DNA of 64,000 nucleotides from Naegleria gruberi (Eukaryota), in assembly GCA_000004985.1 (NCBI GenBank), contig GG738852.1; one strand, written 5' to 3'. Made by a program: the position numbers and the translations under genes. The first letter of the stretch is position 1, and each line of letters opens with the position of its first letter. The notes under the pieces were generated by a model, which worked only from the letters and a program-made list of their open reading frames with translations, searched no databases and was not told where the DNA came from. Below are positions 20,059 through 30,844 of this stretch, one piece after another.

Positions 20059-20258
20059 TTTAATTTTAAAATTGTGGGAAGATGTACATAAATTCCGTTT
20101 TTCATATCTTTGGACTGTTTCAATAAATCGTTATGACAACCCAATAAGAGGGTTTTATAATTCAAAAATACAATTTAATAATAGTATTTTAATGTAATGA
20201 TTGTTTCGAATGGATTAGTTATATTATTGTAAGTAATATGTTGTTGCTACCATAAAGG

Positions 20259-21716
20259 ATGAAGAGAAATGGATTAATGGGATTCTCATGGAATAAATCA
20301 AAAAAAATGTTAGGAAACAATACTAAGAGCATGTTGAAGATATCTAACAAGATGAGAGGAATGAATCATTCCCTTCGCAACACTTCTTGTTTATTTAATC
20401 AACAATTTAAAAGACAATTTTTGGTAAGTACATTTACATCATTGCTGGTCTGACTAGGAGCCGATCATCAATCGGAATGATGATAGACCTCATCAATTAA
20501 TGGTCAACAATGCAGAAATGCAAGCACATCAGATATTGCATCAACATCATTGAAAAAGAAGAAGGACAGCAAGTTTTATTCATTTTGTCAAACACAATTT
20601 CCAAACAAGTTTAAGGTTGGAGAGTGTAATATTGTGGAGGAATTATTTTCTGCAGAAAGTCAAAAGTTGTGTTTCAGTGAAATTTCAAAGAGAAGTGTCG
20701 TTACAGTGGAGGGAGAACATTCTGATTCATTCATTCATTCACTCGTAACAAGTGATGTTTCTAAAAAACTCATTGTTCGAGATGAAACAAAGAAAAATCT
20801 TCCAACACATAGCTCTCAACCTTCCTTGTTCCTTTCTCCAAAGGGAAGAGTTCTCTTTGATGCAATTTTGAGTGTGGAATTTGAAAGTGATGGATCTTTG
20901 AAAAATAATCGTAAAATTTATATTGAACATGAGGCATCTCAAACTGAACATTTGTATAATTATTTAAAGAGTCACGTATTGAGAAAAAAGGTTAAAATTG
21001 AGAAATTTTCAAATAATTTCCAATCTACTACTACTACAACTTCAGAAGGCCCAATTGTTAAAGTTTTTGCCTTGTTTGGAAATAAGATTTTGAAATCTAG
21101 AAAACCTGACTTGCAATACAAGTGGAAAGATTCTGTGGTTTGTGTCAAGGATCCAAGAATTCCAACTCTCGGTTACAGAATTTATGGATTCTTTTCAAAT
21201 CAAGAACAATACGAACAATTTAAACATGATGTGAGTGCAGAACTCTCTAAAAAACTCTTGGTTGACACTGAAAGTGCTGAATATTATGAAAGAATTCGTT
21301 TATTATCTGGAATTGCTGAAAACTCTGTAGATATTCCATCAGATAGTGCATTCCCAATGGAATCAGGATTTGAACAAATTGGTGGTATTCATTTTGGTAA
21401 GGGATGTTATGTTGGACAAGAGCTCACAAATAGAACCTTTCACAGAGGAGAAATCAGAAAGAGAATAGTTATCATTAAGGGAGATAAATTACCAGAAGCT
21501 GGTTCTGATCTCCAATTTACTGGATCAAATACTGAAGAGCTCAGAAGTGATAAGGCTGGTAGAATGTGCTCTCGTGATGAACAAGTTGGCTTGGCCACTG
21601 TTAAATTTGAACCTCTCTTGGAGAAGGACTCCACTTTGGAATTGTCATTTACCAATAGTCAAGATGGAAGTACAAATACTCTCAAAATTGTACCTCCATA
21701 TTGGTTAGCCCTCTAA
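20259..21716 (+). CDS. iba57: IBA57/YgfZ-family protein (mitochondrial Fe-S cluster assembly factor CAF17 homolog), 2 exons: join(20259..20423,20487..21716)
   Basis: Exon 1 from an ATG encodes a basic presequence, MKRNGLMGFSWNKSKKMLGNNTKSMLKISNKMRGMNHSLRNTSCLFNQQFKRQFL, mitochondrial-like. A 63-nt intron (GTAAGT...GATGATAG) follows. Exon 2 continues in phase with TSSINGQQCRN... and contains the family signature KGCYVGQELTNRTFHRGEIRKRI. The ORF-track start at 20550 is a TTG. Exon lengths sum to a multiple of 3. Confidence 0.7.
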
Positions 21717-21717
21717 C

Positions 21718-21903
21718 TTATCGATTTTGCGTGCAATACTCGAGAAAATGATTACATTCATCCAATAAATTAACCTTGCTTCTCCTTCTATTCTGATCAT
21801 TATTTGGGAAGGTATATCTCGATAGTGCAAATTGTTGAAACTTCCACTCAAATTCCTCTTCCAATTCTTTATACGGTCTGTTGATATGTCTAAAATAGTA
21901 CAT
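21718..21903 (-). CDS. Small ORF (61 aa) of uncertain status
   Basis: ATG in AAAAATG context (MYYFRHINRPYKELEEEFEWKFQQFALSRY...), not low-complexity. It begins only 4 nt after the stop of the upstream same-strand gene. It could be a 3'-UTR artefact, a separate mini-gene, or a mis-resolved terminal exon. Confidence 0.2.
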   Translation of the reverse strand: MYYFRHINRPYKELEEEFEWKFQQFALSRYTFPNNDQNRRRSKVNLLDECNHFLEYCTQNR

Positions 21904-21906
21904 TTT

Positions 21907-22563
21907 TCAAAAATTACAAATAAATATTGAGGCGATAAGGATAATGAAAATTAAAATATCAATAACATACTCGAAATAATAATCATAAAATTCATCACAC
22001 TCTGATGGAAATTTGTACAATGTCAAGTGATATTGCAATACATATTGTTGATACATGATTTTTGTTATCTCCTCATCGGAAGGTGTTTTGGTATTGTCCT
22101 CCAAATTATCTGACTCCTCCACCAGCTCCTCTCTGATCATTTCATTGTTTTGAGGTGTAAGCTGACTGCAACTTGAATCAAAACTTGAGGAAAATCTAGA
22201 ATGAGGACTAGCATTAATTGTGGTAGGAGAACGAGGTTTTACACTCTTGATATACCCATTCTCTACTTCAAAATCATCACTATAAAAATGTCTTTCTATT
22301 TCATATTGTGAGGAATTCCATTCCATATTGTTGAAACTAGTATCAGTAACAATTTTAAAGGTGGGAGACTTGAAATTATCACTGCCAATTATTTCTCCAA
22401 ATAAACCTCCAACCATTCCTCTCGAGTGAGAACTTGATCCACTAGAAAAACAGTTGAATGAATATGTATCATCATACTCAGTTCTTGCAATTCCTAAATC
22501 CGAGAGAGAATCTGCAACTGTGTTTTCTTCCTTGTTGATGTTAGTAGAAAATTCCGAACCCAT
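21907..22563 (-). CDS. Hypothetical tail-anchored membrane protein
   Basis: The track ORF starts at a TTG (22626). The first ATG gives MGSEFSTNINKEEN..., a Ser-rich region, then acidic ...EFYDYYFEYVIDILIFIILIASIFICNF* with a C-terminal TM. Confidence 0.35.
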   Translation of the reverse strand: MGSEFSTNINKEENTVADSLSDLGIARTEYDDTYSFNCFSSGSSSHSRGMVGGLFGEIIGSDNFKSPTFKIVTDTSFNNMEWNSSQYEIERHFYSDDFEVENGYIKSVKPRSPTTINASPHSRFSSSFDSSCSQLTPQNNEMIREELVEESDNLEDNTKTPSDEEITKIMYQQYVLQYHLTLYKFPSECDEFYDYYFEYVIDILIFIILIASIFICNF

Positions 22564-22957
22564 TATCCTTTCTGGTATTAATAAATTGGAGCTGCAACAA
22601 TGTTTTACTCCGCGTTTTAATGGCAATCAAAGGATTTGATTAACTGATGACTTCTTGCTTTTTTTTTAAATGGAAAAAAGTATGAAGTTGGCCAAACACT
22701 GATTTGAGAGCAATCCAGATAACTCTTTTTAAATGAAATGTAATTTCAAATAACATTGTAATTTCTCTCTCAACACTGTCTAGGATGTTAGACACAAATG
22801 TCAGTTATGGAGCGAGCATAATAATTGAAAATATTTTACAAAACATTAATATTTATACATAAAGTTTTTAATTTTTTGAATGCCCTGATGGAGGTGGGAT
22901 GGCCCGGGTTTTTAGGAACAGTTTGTTTGGAAACAATGAAAAATCCAATTATATAAA

Positions 22958-24232
22958 TTATTGTGAGATGAATGACTTGTTAATAACCTTAACCTTATCG
23001 ACTGGAACTAATCTGTAAACTGGATTTGGTAATAAAGCTTCAACAATCTTCTTTTCATCAATGAGTTCCTTAACACTGACGTTAATTCTATCAGCAGAGA
23101 AAGAGTTAATTGGCAAACCTTCAATAACACCGTATTGACCAGCACCGAAACATTGCACTGGCATAGAACTCCAAATACCTCTTGGAATACCATATTGACC
23201 TTTGCTTGGAATGGCCATAGAAACCCATTCACTGTTACCCAAAACCCAATCACGCATGTGTTTAACAGCAGCATCAGCGGCAGAAGCAGCAGATGACTTT
23301 CCTCTAGCACCAATAATAGCAGCACCTCTTTGTTGAACCTTTGGAATGAAATCTTCGGTTATCCACTTTTCGTCATTGATCAAGTTCATGGCCCATTGTC
23401 CGTTGACAGTGGTGAATGAAAGATCTGGGTATTGAGTAGCAGAGTGGTTACCCCAAATAGCAAATCGTGAAATATCGGAAACGGTACATCCAAGCTTATT
23501 AGAAATTTGTGCCAAGGCTCTATCATGGTCAAGTCTAGTCAAGGCAGTAATATTTTCTTGTGGAATATCAGGAGCATTGAGAGATGTGATCATGGCATTA
23601 GTGTTGGCTGGGTTAGCAACAATCAAGACCAAAACATCACCATTAGCATTAGAGTTCAAAGCTTCACCTTGCTTCTTGAAGATGGCAGCATTATCCTTCA
23701 TAACATCAGCTCTTTCCATACCTGGACCTCTTGGCTTACCTCCGAGCAAAACAGCATAGTCTGTACCTCTGAAAGCTTCAGATTCACTATCGGTAATGAA
23801 AATTTCTTCAAGGAGTGGGAAAGCACCATCTTCCAATTCCATTTTAACACCTTCCAAAGCCTTCATGGATTGTGGGACGTCCAACAATCTCAATCTGACT
23901 GGTTGATTTTCACCCAACATTTCACCAGTGGCAACTCTGAACAACAAGCTATAGGCAATTTGACCAGCAGCACCTGAAACGGTAACTGTAACTGGAGGAG
24001 CAAGTTGATCGACATCCTTGGTCATGACTCTTGGGCCTTCTCTGGCACTCTTGTTGATCCACTTACCAACAGTCTTGATATCCTTTACATCAACACCAGC
24101 AAAGTCAGCCTTGGTTTGCTTACCGAGCAACATACGTTCAAGAGGTGTCTTGGTGAGGGACATTTCTTGGTCCATTTGAGCACCACGTTGCTTCAAAGTG
24201 CTATAATTACGACCTAAAATGTTGTTTTTCAT
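22958..24232 (-). CDS. mdh: NAD-dependent malate dehydrogenase, cytosolic type, with ~85-aa N-terminal extension
   Basis: Collinear match to MDH1: VTVSGAAGQIAYSLLF, IVANPANTNA, LTRLDHDRALAQ, AIWGNHSATQYPD, QQRGAAIIGARGKSSAASAA. The first ATG is one codon inside the TTG track start. Confidence 0.85.
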   Translation of the reverse strand: MKNNILGRNYSTLKQRGAQMDQEMSLTKTPLERMLLGKQTKADFAGVDVKDIKTVGKWINKSAREGPRVMTKDVDQLAPPVTVTVSGAAGQIAYSLLFRVATGEMLGENQPVRLRLLDVPQSMKALEGVKMELEDGAFPLLEEIFITDSESEAFRGTDYAVLLGGKPRGPGMERADVMKDNAAIFKKQGEALNSNANGDVLVLIVANPANTNAMITSLNAPDIPQENITALTRLDHDRALAQISNKLGCTVSDISRFAIWGNHSATQYPDLSFTTVNGQWAMNLINDEKWITEDFIPKVQQRGAAIIGARGKSSAASAADAAVKHMRDWVLGNSEWVSMAIPSKGQYGIPRGIWSSMPVQCFGAGQYGVIEGLPINSFSADRINVSVKELIDEKKIVEALLPNPVYRLVPVDKVKVINKSFISQ

Positions 24233-24467
24233 CAAATAAAATTATATGTGTTCAATATATTCAACATCAAATAATTATCATCATTAATTTTTATAATTTT
24301 TAAAAGTCGGTTCGTTAAAAACATCAATTATTCAATTATTGGTAAAAATTAGAAAGTGTAAATCAAATTAATAATAATAAATAGATATCGTACGTGTTGT
24401 CTTGGACAATTGTTGAGTAAGTCTCTTCATTTGTTTCGATATTTTTTTTAGGAATTTACAATATTTA

Positions 24468-24502
24468 TTTTTTGCTGCTGAGTTGACTCTCCCAGCAAAA
24501 AA
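24468..24502. repeat. Perfect 10-bp inverted repeat (hairpin) with 15-nt loop in divergent intergenic region
   Basis: TTTTTTGCTG ctgagttgactctcc CAGCAAAAAA. It lies ~235 bp upstream of the MDH start (minus strand) and ~355 bp upstream of the ICMT start (plus strand). Confidence 0.3.
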
Positions 24503-24857
24503 TGCCTTGTCGCACTTCTTTGCTCAGTTATTAAAATCTTCCTCTGATATGTTGTGAATTGGATTAGAGATGATGATTTAATTACCAAGTTATTTGAAGT
24601 AGTAATAGTGAAAGAATATTTGAGTCTCTAATGACAATTCTTTCATGGAAGGGGATGGAAATTTTTTTTGTTCCGATTCAAAATTTCCTTCATTTTAATC
24701 TTCTCTTATGGATTGATTAATTATCAAAAGTTAAAGTATCACTACAATCACAAGAAGAAGAACTATTTGATGATAAAAGCTTCTGGTGACCCTGATGACA
24801 TGTAAACGGACTGAACTTTGATTTCATTGTTCCTGTTGATTATCAAAAATCAAAAAA

Positions 24858-25523
24858 ATGGATTTAGTCTGGTTTGCATTCCTTCTCTTCGTTGTGATTA
24901 TTATTGTTTTCCATGGAGGAGAATGGTTGACACAATATTTATACAATAGAGAATTATGTTCAATTGAGTGTAGGTTTTGTGAGGAAGTTTTGATTATTTA
25001 ATATGATGATGACTTTATATTCCGATTATTGGAAAAAGCTCTTGCTATTCAACAACATTACGTGATTGCTATGGGATGTGCTGTTTTGGAGTTCTTTATT
25101 GAGGCCTTCTTCTTTCCATCCTTGAAGGAACATCCAATTATCTGTTATTTGGGATTGATTCTTGTTATTATCGGAGAGGTCATCAGAAAGGTTGGCATGG
25201 TTACAGCCAAGAAGGCCTTCACTCACTACATTCAAGAGAATAGAAGACCTGGTCACAATTTGATCAAGCACGGAATTTATGCTTACATTCGTCATCCAGG
25301 TTATTTGGGTTGGTTTATTTGGGCTCCAGCAACTCAATTGGTTCTCATGAATCCTATTTGTACTGTCTTGTTCTTGTATGTGGCTTGGTACTTCTTTTAT
25401 GATAGAATTCCATATGAAGAGGAAACACTTATTGATTTGTTTGGAAAGGAATATGAAGATTATAGAAGAGCAGTTCCATCCTATATTCCATTCATTGATG
25501 GCATCGTTTTAAAGAAGCATTAA
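24858..25523 (+). CDS. icmt: Protein-S-isoprenylcysteine O-methyltransferase (ICMT/Ste14), 2 exons: join(24858..24969,25039..25523), ~198 aa
   Basis: Exon 1 from an ATG (AAAAAAATGG) encodes the hydrophobic MDLVWFAFLLFVVIIIVFHGG.... A 69-nt intron (GTAGGT...GGAAAAAG) follows. Exon 2 carries the ICMT signature HNLIKHGIYAYIRHPGYLGWF...EEETLIDLFGKEYEDYRRAVPSYIPF. The track start at 25029 is a TTG. Confidence 0.7.
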
Positions 25524-25600
25524 TATTTTAAAAACCAATTAAAAAAGATTTAATTTATTCTAATAATTTAAATAATTGGATGAAAAATTAAAAAATAGAT

Positions 25601-27028
25601 TTATAATTTATAATGTTCCATAATTGGAACAGCAATATAGTTAATTAAGGTATTGAGTAAAGACCATGGTAATCTTCTATAAAATGGTAAGTGTTTGATA
25701 TAAATTGAGGAATACTCAACTGCAGGTGAGCAACCTCTATTCATTTTGAATATTGAGGCACCAGATGATTGATTGAAAAACACATTGAAATGAATGGCAT
25801 CTTGTAATAGAATGCTTGATAACATTCTGTAAAGGGGAGCTGAGACAGATGTATTATATCCCAATACTGGACATGTCATTACTCTTGTATTGTTGAATGT
25901 TTTGATGAAATATCCAATCACTCCATCAATTTCATCTCTCTCATTATTCAGAATGCATTTGTAGTTGATAATATTATTTTTCAAGGTTTCATAAACAAAC
26001 AATTTTGAGAATTGAATGTTACACTCTGAGTATTTTCCAATATATAACATGTTATAGACATTTACCATTTGTTCAATATATTTGTGATTCATATCATTAA
26101 TTTTCTCTCTCAATTCATTATTTCCAATAATAGTATATGAGTTTTTATACTTGTTGAGAAGTTTCTTATCATCCTTAACATCCCTCTTTTTTAATGTGCT
26201 TTGAATAGTGTCTTTATCGAGTGTATTGAGTGTGTAAATCATTCTGGAAGGGATTGGACAATATCCTATTTTAGATAGAGTATTCAAAATTGGGGAGTAA
26301 ATTTTATCATTCAAAGATCTCATCATGACTGAATGCTGTGGAAATTTGGATGTTAAAAATTTGGTCAACTCTGAATATAATTCATTATCTTCAATTTGGT
26401 TTAAAGATTCTAATGTATAATTGGTATTCATTAATTTTAATTGACTATCTATATTGCCTGAATTGTATAATATGCTTTGAGTTCCATTATTTAGGAAATC
26501 ATCCTGGTTCATAGTGGATCCAGAATTTTCCAATAAATTGTTTTTAATATTATACAAGTTATTGTATAAATTGGTCGAAAGCATTAAATTACCAATAATT
26601 AGAGTCTTGTCTAATTTTGTCCAAATGAAAAAGTAGCTAAATAAATCAATAATTAAATTCGTAAATTGTACAATCCACTTGTTAATATTATTAATTTCCA
26701 ATTCTACTCTTCCATATGAAATATAGTGATGATAGGGCGATAATGTAAATATATTATAATTTCCATTGTGTTTAACATTTCCTGTATTGATAGTAATCGG
26801 AACATAACCAATGGTAACATTCTTACTGTCCACTTGTTTTGAAATTCGAATAAATTGCATTTGTGATGATTCAACATCAATATTAGAAATTAATTGATTC
26901 AATGGATATTTAGAGTACAATTCAAAGAAATCTAAAATCCTATCAGCAGCACCCTTCATCACTACGAGTTGAGCAATTTGATTCAACGGAATTAACAATA
27001 TCAAAGTGGAACATTTTTTTTGGACCAT
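25601..27028 (-). CDS. Hypothetical protein (475 aa), possible acyltransferase-like fold
   Basis: Long ATG ORF, N/I/Y-rich, with no signature I can assign. The C-terminal part (GYNTSVSAPLYRMLSSILLQDAIHFNVFFNQSSGASIFKMNRG) is vaguely GNAT/FemAB-like. Confidence 0.35.
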   Translation of the reverse strand: MVQKKCSTLILLIPLNQIAQLVVMKGAADRILDFFELYSKYPLNQLISNIDVESSQMQFIRISKQVDSKNVTIGYVPITINTGNVKHNGNYNIFTLSPYHHYISYGRVELEINNINKWIVQFTNLIIDLFSYFFIWTKLDKTLIIGNLMLSTNLYNNLYNIKNNLLENSGSTMNQDDFLNNGTQSILYNSGNIDSQLKLMNTNYTLESLNQIEDNELYSELTKFLTSKFPQHSVMMRSLNDKIYSPILNTLSKIGYCPIPSRMIYTLNTLDKDTIQSTLKKRDVKDDKKLLNKYKNSYTIIGNNELREKINDMNHKYIEQMVNVYNMLYIGKYSECNIQFSKLFVYETLKNNIINYKCILNNERDEIDGVIGYFIKTFNNTRVMTCPVLGYNTSVSAPLYRMLSSILLQDAIHFNVFFNQSSGASIFKMNRGCSPAVEYSSIYIKHLPFYRRLPWSLLNTLINYIAVPIMEHYKL

Positions 27029-27163
27029 TCCATCCGGAAATTATGTGAAAATCAATCAAGATACTATCTACGGCAGCTTTTGAAGTGAAATAAGCAATAA
27101 ATTTTACTATTCTTAAATATTTTTAAATATATAAGAATAAAATCTGAATAATAATTTTTAAAA

Positions 27164-28123
27164 ATGAATGATTTTATTAAGGTGGAACAACAGTTGGAAG
27201 CTCAGAGTAACAATAGTCAAACTCTGCCGTTGGAATTATCAAATGAGGAGGAAAAAGTGAAAGAAAATAACGAGGAACAGACAACGAATACGGAGGACAA
27301 TCAAGACCTTATCAAAAATCACTCTGATAATTCATATTCCTCTTCTGATGAAGAAAATGTTAAATTATTTAGAAGTGAGGATTTGGAATCATATGTACCA
27401 TCAAGGCCATCCACTTTATTGGCTTTTCAAAAAAAGGAGGAAACATCAGAGGAGGAGGAAGATGATCATCACATTCTCTCACCAGTAGTGAGAAAACATA
27501 TTAAGGATAATCACATCACACCAATCGGTCTTACTAAGAATAAGAAACTATTCATGGAATTGTTTCATCAAACCATGCCAAAGTCAATAACCACAACAGA
27601 AGACCCTGAAGAAAAACAATCACTTGCTGCAACCATGTTGCAAAAAGTTGTACGTGGTTGGGTTGTGAGAAAGAGGTATGCAAAGAGGAGAATTGATAAT
27701 GCAAGACTGTCGGCAGAGTTTACTGATGAGCAAGGTCTTATTCAGGGATTCAAGTTGAAAAAGAAGAAACTCACTGAAAGTGAAGTTAAGGAACAATGTA
27801 AAAAGATCGAACACGCAATAGGAGCTACCATATTTAGAATGAAAGAGAAAGAAAGAGTAATGAATGAAAGTGCTAAAATCGTTCAGAAAGCTTGGAGAAA
27901 TTACTATCGAGTAAAGAAGGAACAAATTAGACAACAGCCAATACTTCCAAATGAATGTGCCCAACTTATTAACAGAATATCAAATTCAAAATACCTTAAA
28001 AACAGAGAATCATTTGATGATATAATTGAAAGTGTTTCCATTAACCAAATTTATGGAATTCCAAGTTATGAAATGATGGATAGACCTGCAAGATCTTACA
28101 CTTTCAAAATTACAATATTTTAA
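27164..28123 (+). CDS. IQ-motif (calmodulin-binding) protein
   Basis: 319 aa from an ATG with an acidic N-terminus. There are two IQ motifs: AATMLQKVVRGWVVRKRYAKRR and AKIVQKAWRNYYRVKKE. Confidence 0.45.
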   Translation: MNDFIKVEQQLEAQSNNSQTLPLELSNEEEKVKENNEEQTTNTEDNQDLIKNHSDNSYSSSDEENVKLFRSEDLESYVPSRPSTLLAFQKKEETSEEEEDDHHILSPVVRKHIKDNHITPIGLTKNKKLFMELFHQTMPKSITTTEDPEEKQSLAATMLQKVVRGWVVRKRYAKRRIDNARLSAEFTDEQGLIQGFKLKKKKLTESEVKEQCKKIEHAIGATIFRMKEKERVMNESAKIVQKAWRNYYRVKKEQIRQQPILPNECAQLINRISNSKYLKNRESFDDIIESVSINQIYGIPSYEMMDRPARSYTFKITIF

Positions 28124-28251
28124 TTATTTGAAAACCTAAGTTTGTATTAATAGGATAATCCACATTTTTGAAAAAGTTAATTAGCTATTCAACATTTCAA
28201 ATTATCCAATCTCTCTTGTAACTTTATTTTGTAATTTAAACACTTTAAAAA

Positions 28252-30165
28252 ATGAATGAACGTTGGCTTCTATTCTTCCTATGTGGTTTAATACTGTTTT
28301 TTTCCTTGTTTTGCTTTTACCCAAACCTAGTGGAAAGATTAAGAGAATTATCCTCTCTAGATAGTATATCGGAAATTATTGATCAAGTAGTGTGGAAATC
28401 AAAACATCGGAATTTTCACTTCTTCATGGAAATGTGTATGTTCGTAGTGTGTGTCATTCTGGTGCCACACTTGTACATTGGAAGGAGTCAAAATGATGCT
28501 AGGGAAGGAAAATTAATTGGATACGGATTATTTCCTCTGCTGAGTTATTGTATCGGAATGTATTTTGATTTAGGTGCTGGGTTTACTGATGGTTTTGTGG
28601 TTGTGAGATCGATAGCCCAGCAGGAGAAACAAGTACAAGCACTTTTTACAGATTCCCGACAACATATTCTAACATTTTCAAAACCATTTTCAATATTTCA
28701 TACCAGCTTGATTACAAATATACTTGCACTATTGATGGAGGATCGAATGCAATTCTTGAAACTCTATATTTATGGCTCGTATGCAGCCATATTGAGTATT
28801 TATTGGCCAATCTCCTCAAAAATAGCATCTGGCACACTCAAAGTTGGTTATATTAAGAAAGCTCTATTGTCAATGAATTTGAATGTTGATTGGATAACTA
28901 GTACGGAATTTATTTCTCTAATGAGTGTGATTATTATTGGATTTTTGGTATTTGAATTAACATTTTCAATTTGTAGGAAATTTTCCCCTTCATCCTTTAC
29001 ATTTGGAGAAAGTGTTATTATGAGTAACATTACGAGTGTTTGTTTTTTGAGATTAGTAGACTTGTCGAGGAATGCACATCTATTGGTGGCTGACGATGTA
29101 TCAATGGTTGAAGCATTGATAGAACTCATGATTCTATCTACAGTTTTCTTTGGAATATCATGCTATTTTATATTTGTTAAATTGACTGGAAGGAGGTACA
29201 ATACCATTCTCAATTATATGGCCTATGCTATTTTCTATTACTCTATTGTACTTATTTATGTATTGCCAAAGGTATTACTTCCTAATGAGGCAGTGTCAAT
29301 TGAGAATATTAAGAATCCAATTATTTGGATTGTTGAATTTATATTTATCAAAGATGCCATGCACTTGAAAATATTAGTTTATTGGCTAATGTGTATGTCA
29401 TTCATGTTTATTGTAATGAGCTTTTCAAAGGAGAAAACAATAGAAGTTTCAAAAACAAAAAAGAAGGATTTGATATACCTTTTTGGAGGAAGAATAAGTG
29501 TCCCAAAAATCATTTATAGAAAATTCTTTCATATTATGGCTGTCATTATGTTTGTACCTGTTACTATTCAAAGACCTCTATTCATGTGCCTGAGTTATGC
29601 TGTGGCAATTTGTTTATTCTTACTAATTGAGAGTTTCAGAGTTCAATTCATCACAGAGCATGAAGTCAACTCGCTAGCAAGAGCTCTCCATTTTTATATT
29701 AAGCAATTTACAGATTCAAGAGATTCTGGCACTTTTATATTGACACATATTTATCTTTTAATTGGATGCATGATACCTACCTGTGTGGAAATTTTCAGTC
29801 ATGAAAAGACAATTAATTATCATAGAATTTTATCAGGAGTCATGATTTTAGGAATTGGAGATACCATGGCATCAGTTGTTGGTTTCAATTTTGGAAAAAC
29901 CAAGTGGAATTATCCTATTGATACCAAAAAATCAGTTGAGGGTACGTTTGCCTCATTCCTCAGTGTTTGTTTCATTTCCTATCTTGTCGTGCCAATTCAT
30001 TTCACTTCCAACTTGGAATTGTGTAGTTATATATTTTGTACACTTGCTGCCAGTATGTTGGAGGCTTACACTGTACAAATTGATAATTTGATACTTCCAG
30101 TATTCTTCTACACCCTATTGTGTGCCTTCTCAACCATTCAAAGTCATTTGTTTACTATTCTGTAA
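28252..30165 (+). CDS. dolk: Dolichol kinase (SEC59/DOLK family), polytopic membrane protein
   Basis: 637 aa from an ATG with more than 10 predicted TM segments. The C-terminal CTP-transferase-like signature is ILGIGDTMASVVGFNFGKTKWNYPIDTKKSVEGTFASFLSV, cf. DOLK LGDTAASIFG...KKTVEGT. Confidence 0.65.
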   Translation: MNERWLLFFLCGLILFFSLFCFYPNLVERLRELSSLDSISEIIDQVVWKSKHRNFHFFMEMCMFVVCVILVPHLYIGRSQNDAREGKLIGYGLFPLLSYCIGMYFDLGAGFTDGFVVVRSIAQQEKQVQALFTDSRQHILTFSKPFSIFHTSLITNILALLMEDRMQFLKLYIYGSYAAILSIYWPISSKIASGTLKVGYIKKALLSMNLNVDWITSTEFISLMSVIIIGFLVFELTFSICRKFSPSSFTFGESVIMSNITSVCFLRLVDLSRNAHLLVADDVSMVEALIELMILSTVFFGISCYFIFVKLTGRRYNTILNYMAYAIFYYSIVLIYVLPKVLLPNEAVSIENIKNPIIWIVEFIFIKDAMHLKILVYWLMCMSFMFIVMSFSKEKTIEVSKTKKKDLIYLFGGRISVPKIIYRKFFHIMAVIMFVPVTIQRPLFMCLSYAVAICLFLLIESFRVQFITEHEVNSLARALHFYIKQFTDSRDSGTFILTHIYLLIGCMIPTCVEIFSHEKTINYHRILSGVMILGIGDTMASVVGFNFGKTKWNYPIDTKKSVEGTFASFLSVCFISYLVVPIHFTSNLELCSYIFCTLAASMLEAYTVQIDNLILPVFFYTLLCAFSTIQSHLFTIL

Positions 30166-30227
30166 TTCTCAACACAATTAAACATTTATTTGTGAGTGCA
30201 ATTTCAAATAAACTTTTTTAAAAAAAA

Positions 30228-30479
30228 ATGGAAAAATCATATTCAAAGGCAACACCTGCTTCCATGATGCCTTCCGTTAAACCATTCAACCACAACTCAT
30301 CAAGTAATCCGTTCGTTGTGGAAAATAAAAAGAGAGAAGAAAAATTAAAACCTATTGTTTTGTATAGGTGTGGATCATGCGGAATGGAAAGTTACAATTT
30401 CAGAGCCTGTGCTTCATGTCAAAGTAAATTAATGTACAAGAAGAGAACCCCTAAATTTATCCATCACGAAACTAATTAA
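30228..30479 (+). CDS. rpb12: DNA-directed RNA polymerases I/II/III subunit RPABC4 (Rpb12)
   Basis: 83 aa from an ATG. The zinc ribbon YRCGSCGMESYNFRACASCQSKLMYKKRTPKF matches POLR2K [37 protein letters not shown]. Confidence 0.65.
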   Translation: MEKSYSKATPASMMPSVKPFNHNSSSNPFVVENKKREEKLKPIVLYRCGSCGMESYNFRACASCQSKLMYKKRTPKFIHHETN

Positions 30480-30844
30480 CTTATTATTATTCGGAATGTA
30501 TTTTACTGCAATGTGATGGTAAAATAACCAGCTAGGAGAGTCGCAAATTATTGATACGAAATTTACCAATTGGTTTCTGCAATAATTACTTTGTGATGAA
30601 CAAATAAATAGTAATTTATTTTAATGGAGATGAAGTAAAGCTATTCTGATAACTTGTAACTGAGGAACGAGAGACTGTATCTGTAATTTCCATTTGTTAA
30701 AGGAATTTCTTGAACTTGTCTACAATAATCAATGTGATTCAATTAACAAAATTGAAATAGTAATTTACATCACCTAATTGATGATGTGAGTTTGAGATTG
30801 TGAAGTGAACGAATGTTGATATGTTATTCAAAAGTATCTGAATC

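Noticed and set aside
19952-20197. 81-aa ORF (MKMLPCTMSHQDCVKWPRP...)
   Set aside because: This is the wrong frame of exon 2 of the 19754 gene. It starts at GTG and runs through the true stop into the 3' UTR. The alternative frame gives a phase-correct junction and a clean TAA.
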